A stretch of DNA of 64,000 nt, taken from the IMG/VR virus record IMGVR_UViG_3300001765_000052, one strand, 5' to 3'. The notes beneath the pieces were generated by a model. That model was not told the DNA's origin, made no database searches, and worked only from the letters and a program-made list of their open reading frames with translations. Source of the stretch: a virus. Shown here in pieces: positions 39,469-49,646 of the stretch (positions are counted from its first letter, which is position 1; the number at the start of each line of letters is the position of its first letter). The position numbers and the translations under genes are program-made.

Positions 39469-41332
39469 TTGGCATTTTTATAAATTGATGAATTTAGGTA
39501 TATAGTATGTGTCAATAAATAAAGGACGCATATGAAATGCCTAATTGAAAATACTTACTTCAAAAGTATTCCAGGAAACACAGAATTATTGATTTCGATC
39601 GAGAAGCGGTTTGTGACTTATGATCTCAAACCTTGTGATATTCACATTGATAGTAATGGATTTGTGAATATAGAGATGTTCGGAATAATAAGGAAAGTAG
39701 ATGTTTCTTGGTTAAAACTAATAGCACATTTTGAAGTAAATTTACCTGAAAAATTCCACGAATATACTTTCCGAATTAACTTCATAAACGCAGGCAAAGG
39801 CATGATTAGGGCAACAATTAATTCGACAATGGTATTTTCAAACCCTATATTAATTCAAAATAAATATAGGATAATACCTAATTTTACGGATTACGCAATC
39901 AGTAAAGAATCAGAATTAATTGATGTTCACTTTTATCGTATTGTGCCTAGGTTTAATCGCGGGTCTTTTAATTACCCTGAAGTTTTTATATATTGTCCAG
40001 ATAAGAATTCATACAAACATATTAAAGTTCACAGATTGGTAGCATTGGCTTGGGTTAAAAATAGAGATTTCTTAACCCAACCAATAGTGAATCATATCGA
40101 CGGTAATAAACAAAATAACCATTACTCTAATTTAGAATGGTGTAGTTCGTCACATAACAGTAAGCACGCGTACACATTAGGATCATATGCAATCAACAAA
40201 CCATGTAAGGTAAAAAATCATCTTACAGGGGAAGTATCGCACTTTGTTTCTTTAATGGACGCTAGTAAATTTATTGGACTAAAACACTATCTCAATTCTA
40301 AAATGTTAAAAAAGGGCGCTAAGCCTAGACTTTTAAATAGATACTACGAAGTAAAAGAAATGTCCGACGACGATGTAAATTGGTATTATGATAAACTTAA
40401 GGCAGCATCTTTAGATGAAGCTTTTAGTTTATTGATAAAAAATGATAAAAACGTAGTCGGCATTTTTCATAGTCTAGAAAAAGCAAAAAACTTTTTTAAT
40501 ATGGAGGATAAAAATCTAAATGTTTTTGAATTAATAAATGCAATTGAAAAATTGCATCCAACATATGTAATTAATTACATTGACAATTATTACTTTGAAC
40601 CAATTGAATGTAAAGATTTAGTAACTGGTGATGTATTCTGCGCAGCTACCTGGGTGGACTTACAAACAATGTTAAAAATTAAAACAGATTTGGCTTCTTA
40701 TAATAAATTAATTAAAACTTTTGGACAAATAAAGTATAAGCAATGGTTATTTCGTTATAAATCAGATGCGCCTTGGGATGTTAACGCAAAAGGTGTTGGT
40801 GTTAGAGGAAACAAAATAACGGCTACAAACACAATGAGTGGTGAAGTAGTTGAATTTGATTCTTTAGTAAATGCCGTCGATTACTTTAATGTAGATGTTA
40901 AAACGATTCTAAGAAGACTTAATAATTCGGAAAAGAAGTACAATGGTTGGGTTTTTCAGGGTGAAACAAATAATCAATTTGCAAAAATAAAAAAGCCTCT
41001 GTCCAAAGGACAGAAATATCCCTTAATTGACGGGAAACCCTTTATAGCCTCATGCACCAACTTATCCTAGGAATAGAGATAAGGGCTGAATTAACTACTC
41101 AGATATGGTAAAAGATATGAGGATTAGGCAATCCGCAGCTGAGCTCCCAGAACGGGAGAGAGTTCAACGACTAACCCCTTACCAGGGTGTAGAGCCAAGT
41201 GGCTCGAAACAGGGAAATTCATTATTAATGAATAAGATATAGTCTGGTCTGTATGGTGACATACAGAAGCTTAGTCGCTCGTGAGAGCCGCTGTAGCTGG
41301 GTGGGCTTAACGAACCTACTTGAACACAAACG
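39469..41332 (+). mobile_element. Group I intron in RNAP beta with HNH gene
   Basis: Exon ends in U; ggu|uu pairs with aagcc (40993-40997); aattgacgggaaa, aatccgcagc, gttcaacgacta, aagatatagtct; splicing gives HGG|KGTI. Confidence 0.85.
39532..41070 (+). CDS. Intron-encoded HNH homing endonuclease
   Basis: VHRLVALAW..IVNHIDGNKQNNHYSNLEWC..HN..HA; several NUMOD1-like units. Confidence 0.88.
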   Translation: MKCLIENTYFKSIPGNTELLISIEKRFVTYDLKPCDIHIDSNGFVNIEMFGIIRKVDVSWLKLIAHFEVNLPEKFHEYTFRINFINAGKGMIRATINSTMVFSNPILIQNKYRIIPNFTDYAISKESELIDVHFYRIVPRFNRGSFNYPEVFIYCPDKNSYKHIKVHRLVALAWVKNRDFLTQPIVNHIDGNKQNNHYSNLEWCSSSHNSKHAYTLGSYAINKPCKVKNHLTGEVSHFVSLMDASKFIGLKHYLNSKMLKKGAKPRLLNRYYEVKEMSDDDVNWYYDKLKAASLDEAFSLLIKNDKNVVGIFHSLEKAKNFFNMEDKNLNVFELINAIEKLHPTYVINYIDNYYFEPIECKDLVTGDVFCAATWVDLQTMLKIKTDLASYNKLIKTFGQIKYKQWLFRYKSDAPWDVNAKGVGVRGNKITATNTMSGEVVEFDSLVNAVDYFNVDVKTILRRLNNSEKKYNGWVFQGETNNQFAKIKKPLSKGQKYPLIDGKPFIASCTNLS

Positions 41333-42265
41333 AAAGGAACTATTTGTCAACTTGCAAGTAGTGAAGAGATGCCAATGGATGCTGATGGTAATCGTGCAGA
41401 TATTGTTATGGATCCTAATTCAACTATATCTCGCATGAATATCGGTAGAGTATATGAGATGTATATTAATGCAGCTAGCAGAGATACACATAAATATATT
41501 TGTCGGTTACTAGGGATACAACCATTTTTAAAACAAAGCGCGGCTAAAAAACATTTAGCTAATATTGATCCAAATATATTTAGTTCTGTATGGATGACGT
41601 TATTGGGTTATTATAAAATAACATCTCCAAATATGTATAACTGGATTATGGAAGGTAAAACAGAATCCCCATTAGATTATCTATCATTTATCATTGAAAA
41701 AGGTATTTACTTATATCTGCCAACGGATAATCAACCAGAATCTACAGACATGGTAATGCAAATTGAAAACAGTGTATATAAACCTACTTGGGGACCCGTT
41801 ACATACACAGGTAATTCCGGAAACAGAGTAACTACAAAAGGTAATGTTCGAGTAGCATCAATGTATTTTATTTTGCTAGAGAAAACTGGTGATGATTGGG
41901 CGGCAGTATCTACTTGTAAGTTATCAAATTTTGGTGTATTAAGTCAATTAACAAAACAAGATAAATATTCTAAGCCAAGTCGATTGCAAGCAGTGCGTGG
42001 TTCAGGTGAAGCTGAAATTAGAATTGATGTATCTTACGTTGGCGAACTTTTTACAGCGGAATTAATAGATAGAAATAACAATCCACGGACACATAAACAT
42101 ATGATTAAAAATTTACTTAGTTCTACTACACCTACAAATGTAGAAAATTTAGTAGATCGAAACATTATAGCATTAGGTGGGTCTAAACCATTAGCGTTGG
42201 CAAAACATATGGCGGCTGTGGGTGGCTTTTCGTTTGAATATAAGAAGTATATGCCTAATTGGTAG
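41333..42265 (+). CDS. Non-virion RNAP beta subunit, exon 2
   Basis: KGTICQ..EEMP.D..G..ADIVMDP.S..SRMNIG, R.SGEAE. Confidence 0.88.
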   Translation, partial: KGTICQLASSEEMPMDADGNRADIVMDPNSTISRMNIGRVYEMYINAASRDTHKYICRLLGIQPFLKQSAAKKHLANIDPNIFSSVWMTLLGYYKITSPNMYNWIMEGKTESPLDYLSFIIEKGIYLYLPTDNQPESTDMVMQIENSVYKPTWGPVTYTGNSGNRVTTKGNVRVASMYFILLEKTGDDWAAVSTCKLSNFGVLSQLTKQDKYSKPSRLQAVRGSGEAEIRIDVSYVGELFTAELIDRNNNPRTHKHMIKNLLSSTTPTNVENLVDRNIIALGGSKPLALAKHMAAVGGFSFEYKKYMPNW

Positions 42266-43170
42266 GGGTTTTAAGGTGGTTATCAGCTCTTATTTTTGAA
42301 AGTTGATAGCCGTATACATGTAATATTTATAAGCTGTTATAAGCTGTTTAAAGAGGTATTTATGAATAAAGAAATTGGAGCATATTTAATAAAAGACAAG
42401 CTTAATAATAAATTTTATACCGGAAGTTCTGGAGATTTAGAGAAAAGAATTGATAGGCATATCAGTGATTTAAAGCATAATGTTCATAAAAATAAAAATT
42501 TACAAGAACAATATAACAGTACACCTGAATTAAAGTTCTATGATAGATTTAATTTTATTAAAATACATGCTGAGAATAAAGAAAAAGCGATAGAATTAGA
42601 ACAGCGTATTTTGGATATTCATAAAGATTCTAGCGTGCTTTATAATATTGCAACAAATGCAAAAGTGAGTTCAAAAGGTGCTGTTAGATCGGAAGAATTT
42701 AGAAACCGTATTTCTGAAATTCATACTGGTTTAAAACGAACACCTGAACAAATTGAAAAAAATCGAATTGGGCACCTTGGTATAAAACAATCTGAAGAAA
42801 CAAAAGAAAAAAGAAGAGTATCAATGATGGGGAAAAATTTAGGTAAAAAACATACACCTGAAGCCATTGAAAAAATATCGATAGCTAGCAGAGGCAGGTG
42901 TTTTTCTGATGAAACTAAAGCTAAAATAAGTGAGGCTAGTTCTAGATATGATTACAATGAAGATTGGGCAAAAAAACATAAAGCGGCTATAGTAGAAAAA
43001 CAAGGTAAAAAACTAATGGTAGACAATGTTTGTTATAATACAATTGGTGAAGCTGCATTAGCTAACGGTTTATCAAACAGTTCAGCCAGAGATAGAGCAA
43101 ATTCTACAACTGGTAGATTTGATAATTGGCTTTTCGTTTGAATATAAGAAGTATATGCCTAATTGGTAGG
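42223..43170 (+). repeat. 44-bp direct repeats (42223-42266 and 43127-43170)
   Basis: tggcttttcgtttgaatataagaagtatatgcctaattggtagg occurs twice. Confidence 0.92.
42362..43141 (+). CDS. Free-standing GIY-YIG endonuclease with NUMOD3 repeats
   Basis: GAYLI..KFYTGSS..L.KR..RH; HTPEAIEKIS/SEETKEK repeats; gaggt RBS. Confidence 0.85.
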   Translation: MNKEIGAYLIKDKLNNKFYTGSSGDLEKRIDRHISDLKHNVHKNKNLQEQYNSTPELKFYDRFNFIKIHAENKEKAIELEQRILDIHKDSSVLYNIATNAKVSSKGAVRSEEFRNRISEIHTGLKRTPEQIEKNRIGHLGIKQSEETKEKRRVSMMGKNLGKKHTPEAIEKISIASRGRCFSDETKAKISEASSRYDYNEDWAKKHKAAIVEKQGKKLMVDNVCYNTIGEAALANGLSNSSARDRANSTTGRFDNWLFV

Positions 43171-43237
43171 AGTTTTATGAGGTATATGTGAGTTTATATT
43201 TAAAGCGATTTAATCGACATTTAAAAAAGGAAAAATA

Positions 43238-45238
43238 ATGTTGACTATTGACGGAAGAAAATTGTTATTGTATACCACTGAAGAATTGTGGGGTAAATTA
43301 CGTGGTAAATTTCATGTAAAATTTGATGATGGTGTTATACTTACTAATTATAAAGAATGTATTTACAGTAGTTACACATGGGACTTTCATAGAAAATATA
43401 TAAACACACCTATGTTATTAAAACATCATGTTAAATATATTATTGGTGACGATTTAGTTAGTAGCGATACACATTTAAAATTAATTGAAAATGTTTTATG
43501 GTCGTGTTTCGATGCATATACAAATATTGAAACAGATAGAGTTGAACTGGTTAATCAATTGGCTAAATTAGCATACGACGTAACCAATCACCTTTACAAT
43601 GAGCTTACCTATAGACTTGAAGAATATGTGACATCTATTGATATTCTGGATTTTCTAGAAGTAACTAATGACCCGCGTGTTAAAAATGTTATTGAGGCAA
43701 TGCAACCAACTCAAGAATCAATTATAAATGTTTATTCTAGTATTAGTAACACTATTAAAGATAAGAATAACTTTATAAATAATTCGCTAGCAAAAGCTGT
43801 TAAATCAAACATTGTTGATATGAATCAAACTCTACAATGTATTGGTCCACGTGGTTTATTGACTGATATCGATTCTAACCAATTTGAAAAACCAATTACT
43901 CGTGGATATGTAAAAGGTATTAGAAGTTTACATGACAGTATGATTCAATCTAGATCAGCTGCAAAATCGATCGCGTTCTCAACAGATACATTACAGAAGA
44001 GTGAATATTTTTCTCGGCGACAACAATTGATTTGTCAAAACGTTAAGAATCTTCATATGGGTGATTGTGGTAGTACAAATTATCTATTATGGACAGTTAG
44101 GGATAATAGATACGATGGTGTTGGTTTAAACAGAGATGGTGATCTTAAAACAATAGCAGGAAAATATTATTTAGATGAAACTAGTAACACATTAAAAATA
44201 GTAAATAAAAATGATGTACATTTAATAGGAAAAACTATTAAATTAAGATCAATAGTAGCTGGATGTATGCATCCAGACCCATACGGTGTATGTGAGGTAT
44301 GTTTTGGAAATATTGCTGAATCAATACCTGCAAAAACTAATTTAGGTCATGCAGCATGTGTATCTATGACTGAGATAATATCTCAAATGGTTTTATCTAT
44401 TAAACATCTAGATAGTAGTGCTGTCATCGAAGGTATCTCATTAAAACCATATGAAAAGAAATATTTAAATGCACCAATAAATGGTAATCTTTATTATTTG
44501 AACGATAGTTTAAAAGGTAAAGATATGCATTTTGAATTTGAGTCGGCTAGTGCGTTAGGTCTTATTGATATTAATTTGGTGGATAATGTTAGAAAACTAA
44601 ATACAACTAGGATATCCGAATTAAGTCATATTGCATTAGTTTTTAATAGCACAACTGGTACAGATATAATACCTATTAAAGTAAGTATAAACAAAAGACT
44701 GGCTAGTATTACACATGAATTACTAGATTATATAAAACATACAGGTTGGTCTATTACTAAAGATAATAAGTACTCTATAGACATGAGTAAATGGGATTTT
44801 AAACTACCTATTTTATCATTACCAATGCAGCATTTTCATATGGGATTACATCAATCAGAAATATCTGATATGCTAGAAGCTACCGTGAAAGATATGACTG
44901 TCAGAGATTGTACAATTGAACCCAGTGCTATGTTGATCAATTTTCATGATTTAGTAAATAGTAGACTATCTATTAATTTAGCAATTTTAGATATTGTAAT
45001 ATATAGTAGTATGGTCGTTTCTGCCACACAAGGGGATTATAGTCTACCTAAGCCGTGGACAACATCTGGATTAGGTGTAATGAGGTTATTACTTAACAAT
45101 AGGAGTGTGGCACCCGTGATGGCTTACGAGAGGCATAAAAATTGCATCATATCTCCTAGTAATTATATCAACACAAATCGTTTTGATCACCCGTTTGATT
45201 CTATTTTAATAGCCGATAAGATTTTTCCAAATCATTAA
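43238..45238 (+). CDS. Non-virion RNAP beta' C-terminal subunit (gp74-like)
   Basis: Q.IGPRG, SRSAAKS bridge helix, SEYFSRR, DCGS, CEVCFG, SQMVLSIKH trigger-loop region. Confidence 0.85.
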   Translation: MLTIDGRKLLLYTTEELWGKLRGKFHVKFDDGVILTNYKECIYSSYTWDFHRKYINTPMLLKHHVKYIIGDDLVSSDTHLKLIENVLWSCFDAYTNIETDRVELVNQLAKLAYDVTNHLYNELTYRLEEYVTSIDILDFLEVTNDPRVKNVIEAMQPTQESIINVYSSISNTIKDKNNFINNSLAKAVKSNIVDMNQTLQCIGPRGLLTDIDSNQFEKPITRGYVKGIRSLHDSMIQSRSAAKSIAFSTDTLQKSEYFSRRQQLICQNVKNLHMGDCGSTNYLLWTVRDNRYDGVGLNRDGDLKTIAGKYYLDETSNTLKIVNKNDVHLIGKTIKLRSIVAGCMHPDPYGVCEVCFGNIAESIPAKTNLGHAACVSMTEIISQMVLSIKHLDSSAVIEGISLKPYEKKYLNAPINGNLYYLNDSLKGKDMHFEFESASALGLIDINLVDNVRKLNTTRISELSHIALVFNSTTGTDIIPIKVSINKRLASITHELLDYIKHTGWSITKDNKYSIDMSKWDFKLPILSLPMQHFHMGLHQSEISDMLEATVKDMTVRDCTIEPSAMLINFHDLVNSRLSINLAILDIVIYSSMVVSATQGDYSLPKPWTTSGLGVMRLLLNNRSVAPVMAYERHKNCIISPSNYINTNRFDHPFDSILIADKIFPNH

Positions 45239-45244
45239 GTAGGG

Positions 45245-45324
45245 TTAGGGATCTTCGGGTCCCTAATTATTATAATAAATATTTATTAAAGAATTAACAT
45301 ACTTAGTGTTAATTCTTTAATAAA
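45245..45324. terminator. Two adjacent hairpins (one with a UUCG tetraloop)
   Basis: ttagggatc ttcg ggtccctaa and tttattaaagaattaaca / tgttaattctttaataaa. Confidence 0.55.
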
Positions 45325-45342
45325 CAAAGAAAGAAATAATAA

Positions 45343-46857
45343 ATGTTAATTACTATATATAGTAGACACTTTAGCGTTGACGAGTTGACAGATAAAACTA
45401 GAAATATTTGTTTGTCTTTTTCTAAAAAATTAATTCACTATGGATTTCAACCAGTCAAAGGCCAAATGGTTAGAACACCATTAAAAGTATTTGCAAGCTC
45501 TAATGAAAATAGAGATTCATTTAGATTTCATATTAATAATTTAAAGGAATTCAAAGAACATGTAATTATTCATAGGTACAGTTTAAATGAAAATGAATTT
45601 ATTATTGAAGATGAATTTGAAGCTGTCAAAGTAGATTTACCTATTAAACCAAATTGGGTATTAAGAGATTACCAAGCGCCTATTGCAGATTGGTTAACAC
45701 TTGATGAACCTAGAAATAAACTTGTTAGCATACAAACAGGTAAAGGAAAAACAGTCACTGCTTTAAACGCTATATCTAGAATAGGTTTAAGATTTGCGGT
45801 TATTATTAAACCTGCTTATACTGAGAAGTGGATAGATGATATTATGAAAACTTATGATATCGATAAGGAGGATATATTAGTTATTGCTGGTAGCGCATCA
45901 TTAATGACATTATTAATGATGGCTAAAGAAAATAAAGTAACTGCAAAAGCAATTATAATTAGCAACACAACTTTTAATAACTGGATAAGAATATATGAAA
46001 AATTTAAAGAAGAAACAATCGATATGGGATATGCTTGTTACCCATATGAATTTTTTAGAACACTTCAAATTGGTGTACGATTAATTGACGAAATACATCA
46101 ACACTACCACGGGTGTTTTAGAACTGATTTATATACACATGTAAAATATACTATTGCTTTGTCTGCTACAATGGTAAGCAATGATTCATTTATAACTAAA
46201 ATGCATTTACTAGCATATCCATTATCGGACAGATATAAAGATATTGGATTAGATAGATATATTAATTCTTATGCAATTCATTTTAGATTTAATAAACCGG
46301 AATTAATAAAAACTACTGAATGGGGTAGTAATAATTATTCTCATAATGCTGTTGAGAAAAGTATTATGAAACATATTCCAACATTAAATAGATACTTGGA
46401 ACTAATTAATTATACTATTGAAATAAGTTATTTAATGCAGGAAAGGAAAAAGAAACGACTATTAATATTTGCATACAGTATAGACATGATAGATAAAATT
46501 GTAATGTATTTACAAAACAAATATAGGTTAGCTGATATTAGAAGGTATGTAGCTGAAGATGATTACTCTAATCTAATAGAAGCTGATATTTGTGTATCTA
46601 CATTGGGTAGTAGTGGAACTGCAGTAGATATACCAGATCTAACTACAGTTATATTAACTACTACAATCAATAGTCTTCAGAGCAATATTCAGTCGTTAGG
46701 TAGATTAAGAAAGTTATCAGATGGCTGCTCAACTAAATTCTTATATTTAGTCTGTGATGATATACCTAAATCACTAGAATATCACTCAGCAAAGAAAAAA
46801 CTACTGGAACAGAGAGCTAAAACTTATACTGAAGTACATTCAGGTAGAGTTATTTAA
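45343..46857 (+). CDS. SF2 DExH helicase (gp75-like)
   Basis: LRDYQ, QTGKGKT, DEIH, LSAT, QSLGRLR. Confidence 0.9.
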   Translation: MLITIYSRHFSVDELTDKTRNICLSFSKKLIHYGFQPVKGQMVRTPLKVFASSNENRDSFRFHINNLKEFKEHVIIHRYSLNENEFIIEDEFEAVKVDLPIKPNWVLRDYQAPIADWLTLDEPRNKLVSIQTGKGKTVTALNAISRIGLRFAVIIKPAYTEKWIDDIMKTYDIDKEDILVIAGSASLMTLLMMAKENKVTAKAIIISNTTFNNWIRIYEKFKEETIDMGYACYPYEFFRTLQIGVRLIDEIHQHYHGCFRTDLYTHVKYTIALSATMVSNDSFITKMHLLAYPLSDRYKDIGLDRYINSYAIHFRFNKPELIKTTEWGSNNYSHNAVEKSIMKHIPTLNRYLELINYTIEISYLMQERKKKRLLIFAYSIDMIDKIVMYLQNKYRLADIRRYVAEDDYSNLIEADICVSTLGSSGTAVDIPDLTTVILTTTINSLQSNIQSLGRLRKLSDGCSTKFLYLVCDDIPKSLEYHSAKKKLLEQRAKTYTEVHSGRVI

Positions 46858-46979
46858 CACAATTAAGGTACAAAATGTTTAACAATGAAAATCTTTTAAT
46901 ATCCCAGATGGTTGTAAAAGATAAGAAATTTCTAAAACATATGTTAAAGACTATCGTTTAAACAAAAAGGAAGATTAAC

Positions 46980-47354
46980 ATGAAGATACATCACAAAGGA
47001 ATACCTGTTATGAATAGACCCATTCAAGTAACTTGCTTGGATGAGTTAATGATAGAAATGTTAATGTGCGCGCCGCCGCCGTATACTGTATATACAAACG
47101 AGTTTGGTTTAAAGAAAGCCAGACTTAATAATGGAGCATATATATACAAATTTATATCTGGAGCGGATTTATGTTGCACAAATGTAAAAAATGAGTATGA
47201 GATATATCATAATGTTTACAACGGTAATGCTGCCGTTGCTGAACTTAAAATGTTAGATTCTTTAAGAATTGCTAAAAAACATTTTAATGAAATGGTGGAA
47301 CTCAACCAAATAATTAAACATTTATCTTTAAAATCCACATTAGTTCCAATTTAA
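46980..47354 (+). CDS. Hypothetical protein
   Basis: 124-aa ORF with aaaaggaag RBS. Confidence 0.5.
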   Translation: MKIHHKGIPVMNRPIQVTCLDELMIEMLMCAPPPYTVYTNEFGLKKARLNNGAYIYKFISGADLCCTNVKNEYEIYHNVYNGNAAVAELKMLDSLRIAKKHFNEMVELNQIIKHLSLKSTLVPI

Positions 47355-47362
47355 AAAAATCG

Positions 47363-47388
47363 TATTCTAGAATTTTTCGGTCATATAT
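47363..47388 (+). promoter_or_regulatory. Early-type promoter, near-identical to 62310-62335
   Basis: tattctagaatttttcggtcatatat, 25/26 identical. Confidence 0.6.
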
Positions 47389-47397
47389 AATTAATGT

Positions 47398-47681
47398 GAA
47401 TATGGGGTAAACCTGAACTATCCTTTGGAAATGAGATGTAACTTTTATCTAAAACTGATTAAAGTGTTTATCAAAACTTCCCTACTGGTCTATCAAGACA
47501 TCCGTATTCTGAATGCTAACTAAAGATCGGGATATCAGTTAGTAAAAATGTTTGCCAGTATTCTAAGCAACATGCTTATAGAAACTGCGCCCCGATATTA
47601 GCCTGAGAAACTTAATACGGGAAAAGACTCTCCTGCAGTACATTCCCCTAAAAAGGAATGTACTGTGGAAGATTTTTTTTT
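47398..47681 (+). ncRNA. Candidate structured small RNA
   Basis: Promoter motif upstream, several hairpins, terminator hairpin plus T-run, no ORF over 30 codons noticed on +. Confidence 0.35.
47631..47681 (+). terminator. Intrinsic terminator
   Basis: cagtacattcc / ggaatgtactg stem followed by T9. Confidence 0.75.
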
Positions 47682-48171
47682 ATTTTTTATTCATTGTATC
47701 TAAAATTTCACTTGTTTTATCATACTCTTTTTGTAACCTATTTGTACAATCTGCCATGATATATGTTGCGATATCGTGAGGTAAATCAAGGTAATCTAAT
47801 AAAGATAAACCATAATGCGAATAGACTTTTCTATCTGCATATAGTTTAATTAATTCATATAGTCTACTTCCATCGCAGATATTTTCTGCGTTATGTAAAG
47901 CTATACTAGATAACGGTCGTTTGAGATTAGGGTCTGAAATACTTTGTTCATATATCTCTTGTGAGATATAATCATGTATACCATTCGAATTCTCATACGC
48001 TTGTTGTAATATAGCTTTACTAGAAACAATATCTGTTTTTTTTACCCCTTCAAGTACTTTAAATAATAAGCAATCTTCTTCAATTTCCAGACCGAAGTCA
48101 GCTTGACTTACATGTACCTCATTTAACGTGCTTCGATCTTTTTCAGGCGTGAAATGAGTAATGTAAAAAAA
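47680..48171 (-). CDS. Start-less reading frame missed by the ORF track; probable -1 frameshift extension of the upstream gene
   Basis: Open ~163 codons (FFYITHFTPEKDRSTLNEVHVSQADFGL...RPLSSIALH...HYGLSLLDYLDLP...MNKK*), first ATG only near the end. Confidence 0.7.
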   Translation of the reverse strand, partial: FFYITHFTPEKDRSTLNEVHVSQADFGLEIEEDCLLFKVLEGVKKTDIVSSKAILQQAYENSNGIHDYISQEIYEQSISDPNLKRPLSSIALHNAENICDGSRLYELIKLYADRKVYSHYGLSLLDYLDLPHDIATYIMADCTNRLQKEYDKTSEILDTMNKK

Positions 48172-49646
48172 GTTTGAATAACATCAATCGGAATTAATTT
48201 AGGATGATGAACATGTTCTTTTGAAGATGTTTGTTCTCCACCGCAATTCGGACATTTGAATGTAGGAATTGCAACTAATGAGATAACAGAATTATCTAAG
48301 TACTCCGCCACCATTTTCATAAAATTTGTTCTAAGTTTATCACTAGCAGTTAGATCATTAAGAACTTCTTCTATTGTATCGATATCATCGTAGACATCGC
48401 CAGCTACTTCAATTGATTCTACAAAATGTGCATATTGGCGCATTGCTGTAGCTTTTGCTTGAGATAGTAAATACTCATCTCGTTTGGCTTCATCTTTAAT
48501 TAAAGATTTACTATAGTTTTCTTCAATTCCGTTTACCCACCTATATCCAGAATCAATATGTTCCACGATCGTAGGTAGTTTAATAATCATGCTTACTGAA
48601 TCAGATAAATCTATTTTCTTTTTTTGTCCACGGATAAAATCATCAGTGTACTTTTTAACACTGTCTACATTCATACTACCACGCTGACGTTTTGTCATGT
48701 GGTTTACTTGGTACTGTGTTAGAGATGATGAATCAGTCCAAAGTAATTTAGATAAATCTAATTTTTCTTTAATAATGTAATTGCATTTCTCTGGATCAGA
48801 AATACAGGGTCTTGTATACTGAAAACCATTAGAATATACACTGCAAGCTAGACCCCAAAATAAAACCGATAAATCAGGTGCTTTAATGTATTTACGAATA
48901 TCGTCGCCTTCTGCAACAGCTAGCGATGACTCGTACATATTCTCTATGCAAAAATCTAATAGCACTTTCGATGCATAAGAAGTATTATTAGAGAATAATA
49001 GACCATAACTAGATCTACCGAGCGAGATTTTTTCAGATGTAATTTGACGATACAATTCTAACAAATCTCCTTCACTAGGTGCTTTAATTCTGATCCAGAA
49101 ACCACTATGCCATAAAGGTATATTAAATATTACACCTAATTTTAAAGCTTGTCTGATGCGTAATCTAGCTCTTTCTCCTGTAAACTTTGTACCATCATTT
49201 GTTTTAAATGATGGAGCACTAGCAGTTAGAACACCTTGAGGTGAAGTTACACCTTGAACAAAATCAGAGTCGTCTCTATCTACAGTCCTATTTAAACCAT
49301 CACCATAGACAACTGTTTCCATACCAGCATTAACTGCACCAATCCACTCTTTACCTTGCTGTGTTTCAGCAAGTCGTGTTCGTGGGATATCTTTGATAAT
49401 TGCTTCTGTTATTTTACCTGTATTTGCTGGTAAAAAAGCTGTTTCATTATCATAACTAAACTCATCTTCTAATTTTTCAGAGTACGGAACTTGGACAATA
49501 AAGTTTTGTTTGGTTTTTAATGGTTCAACTGTAGATGTTTTTTCTTCAGTTATAATTGGTTGTTTTTCAATTAACGGAATTGGTTCTTCTTTTTCGGATA
49601 ACGTAAATGGTGCCGGTGTTTCTTGAATATCTGGAGTGTTGATCAT
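48123..49646 (-). CDS. Conserved phiKZ gp77-like protein, candidate tail/baseplate-hub assembly chaperone
   Basis: IPLWHSGFW, CPNCG near the C-terminus followed by TFF on a T7 run. Confidence 0.55.
   Translation of the reverse strand: MINTPDIQETPAPFTLSEKEEPIPLIEKQPIITEEKTSTVEPLKTKQNFIVQVPYSEKLEDEFSYDNETAFLPANTGKITEAIIKDIPRTRLAETQQGKEWIGAVNAGMETVVYGDGLNRTVDRDDSDFVQGVTSPQGVLTASAPSFKTNDGTKFTGERARLRIRQALKLGVIFNIPLWHSGFWIRIKAPSEGDLLELYRQITSEKISLGRSSYGLLFSNNTSYASKVLLDFCIENMYESSLAVAEGDDIRKYIKAPDLSVLFWGLACSVYSNGFQYTRPCISDPEKCNYIIKEKLDLSKLLWTDSSSLTQYQVNHMTKRQRGSMNVDSVKKYTDDFIRGQKKKIDLSDSVSMIIKLPTIVEHIDSGYRWVNGIEENYSKSLIKDEAKRDEYLLSQAKATAMRQYAHFVESIEVAGDVYDDIDTIEEVLNDLTASDKLRTNFMKMVAEYLDNSVISLVAIPTFKCPNCGGEQTSSKEHVHHPKLIPIDVIQTFFTLLISRLKKIEAR

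Noticed and set aside
41253-41438. 61-aa ORF
   Set aside because: Overlaps the intron 3' end and exon 2 in the wrong frame
47398-47681. tRNA or tmRNA
   Set aside because: No T-arm GTTCRA motif, acceptor stem or CCA end found
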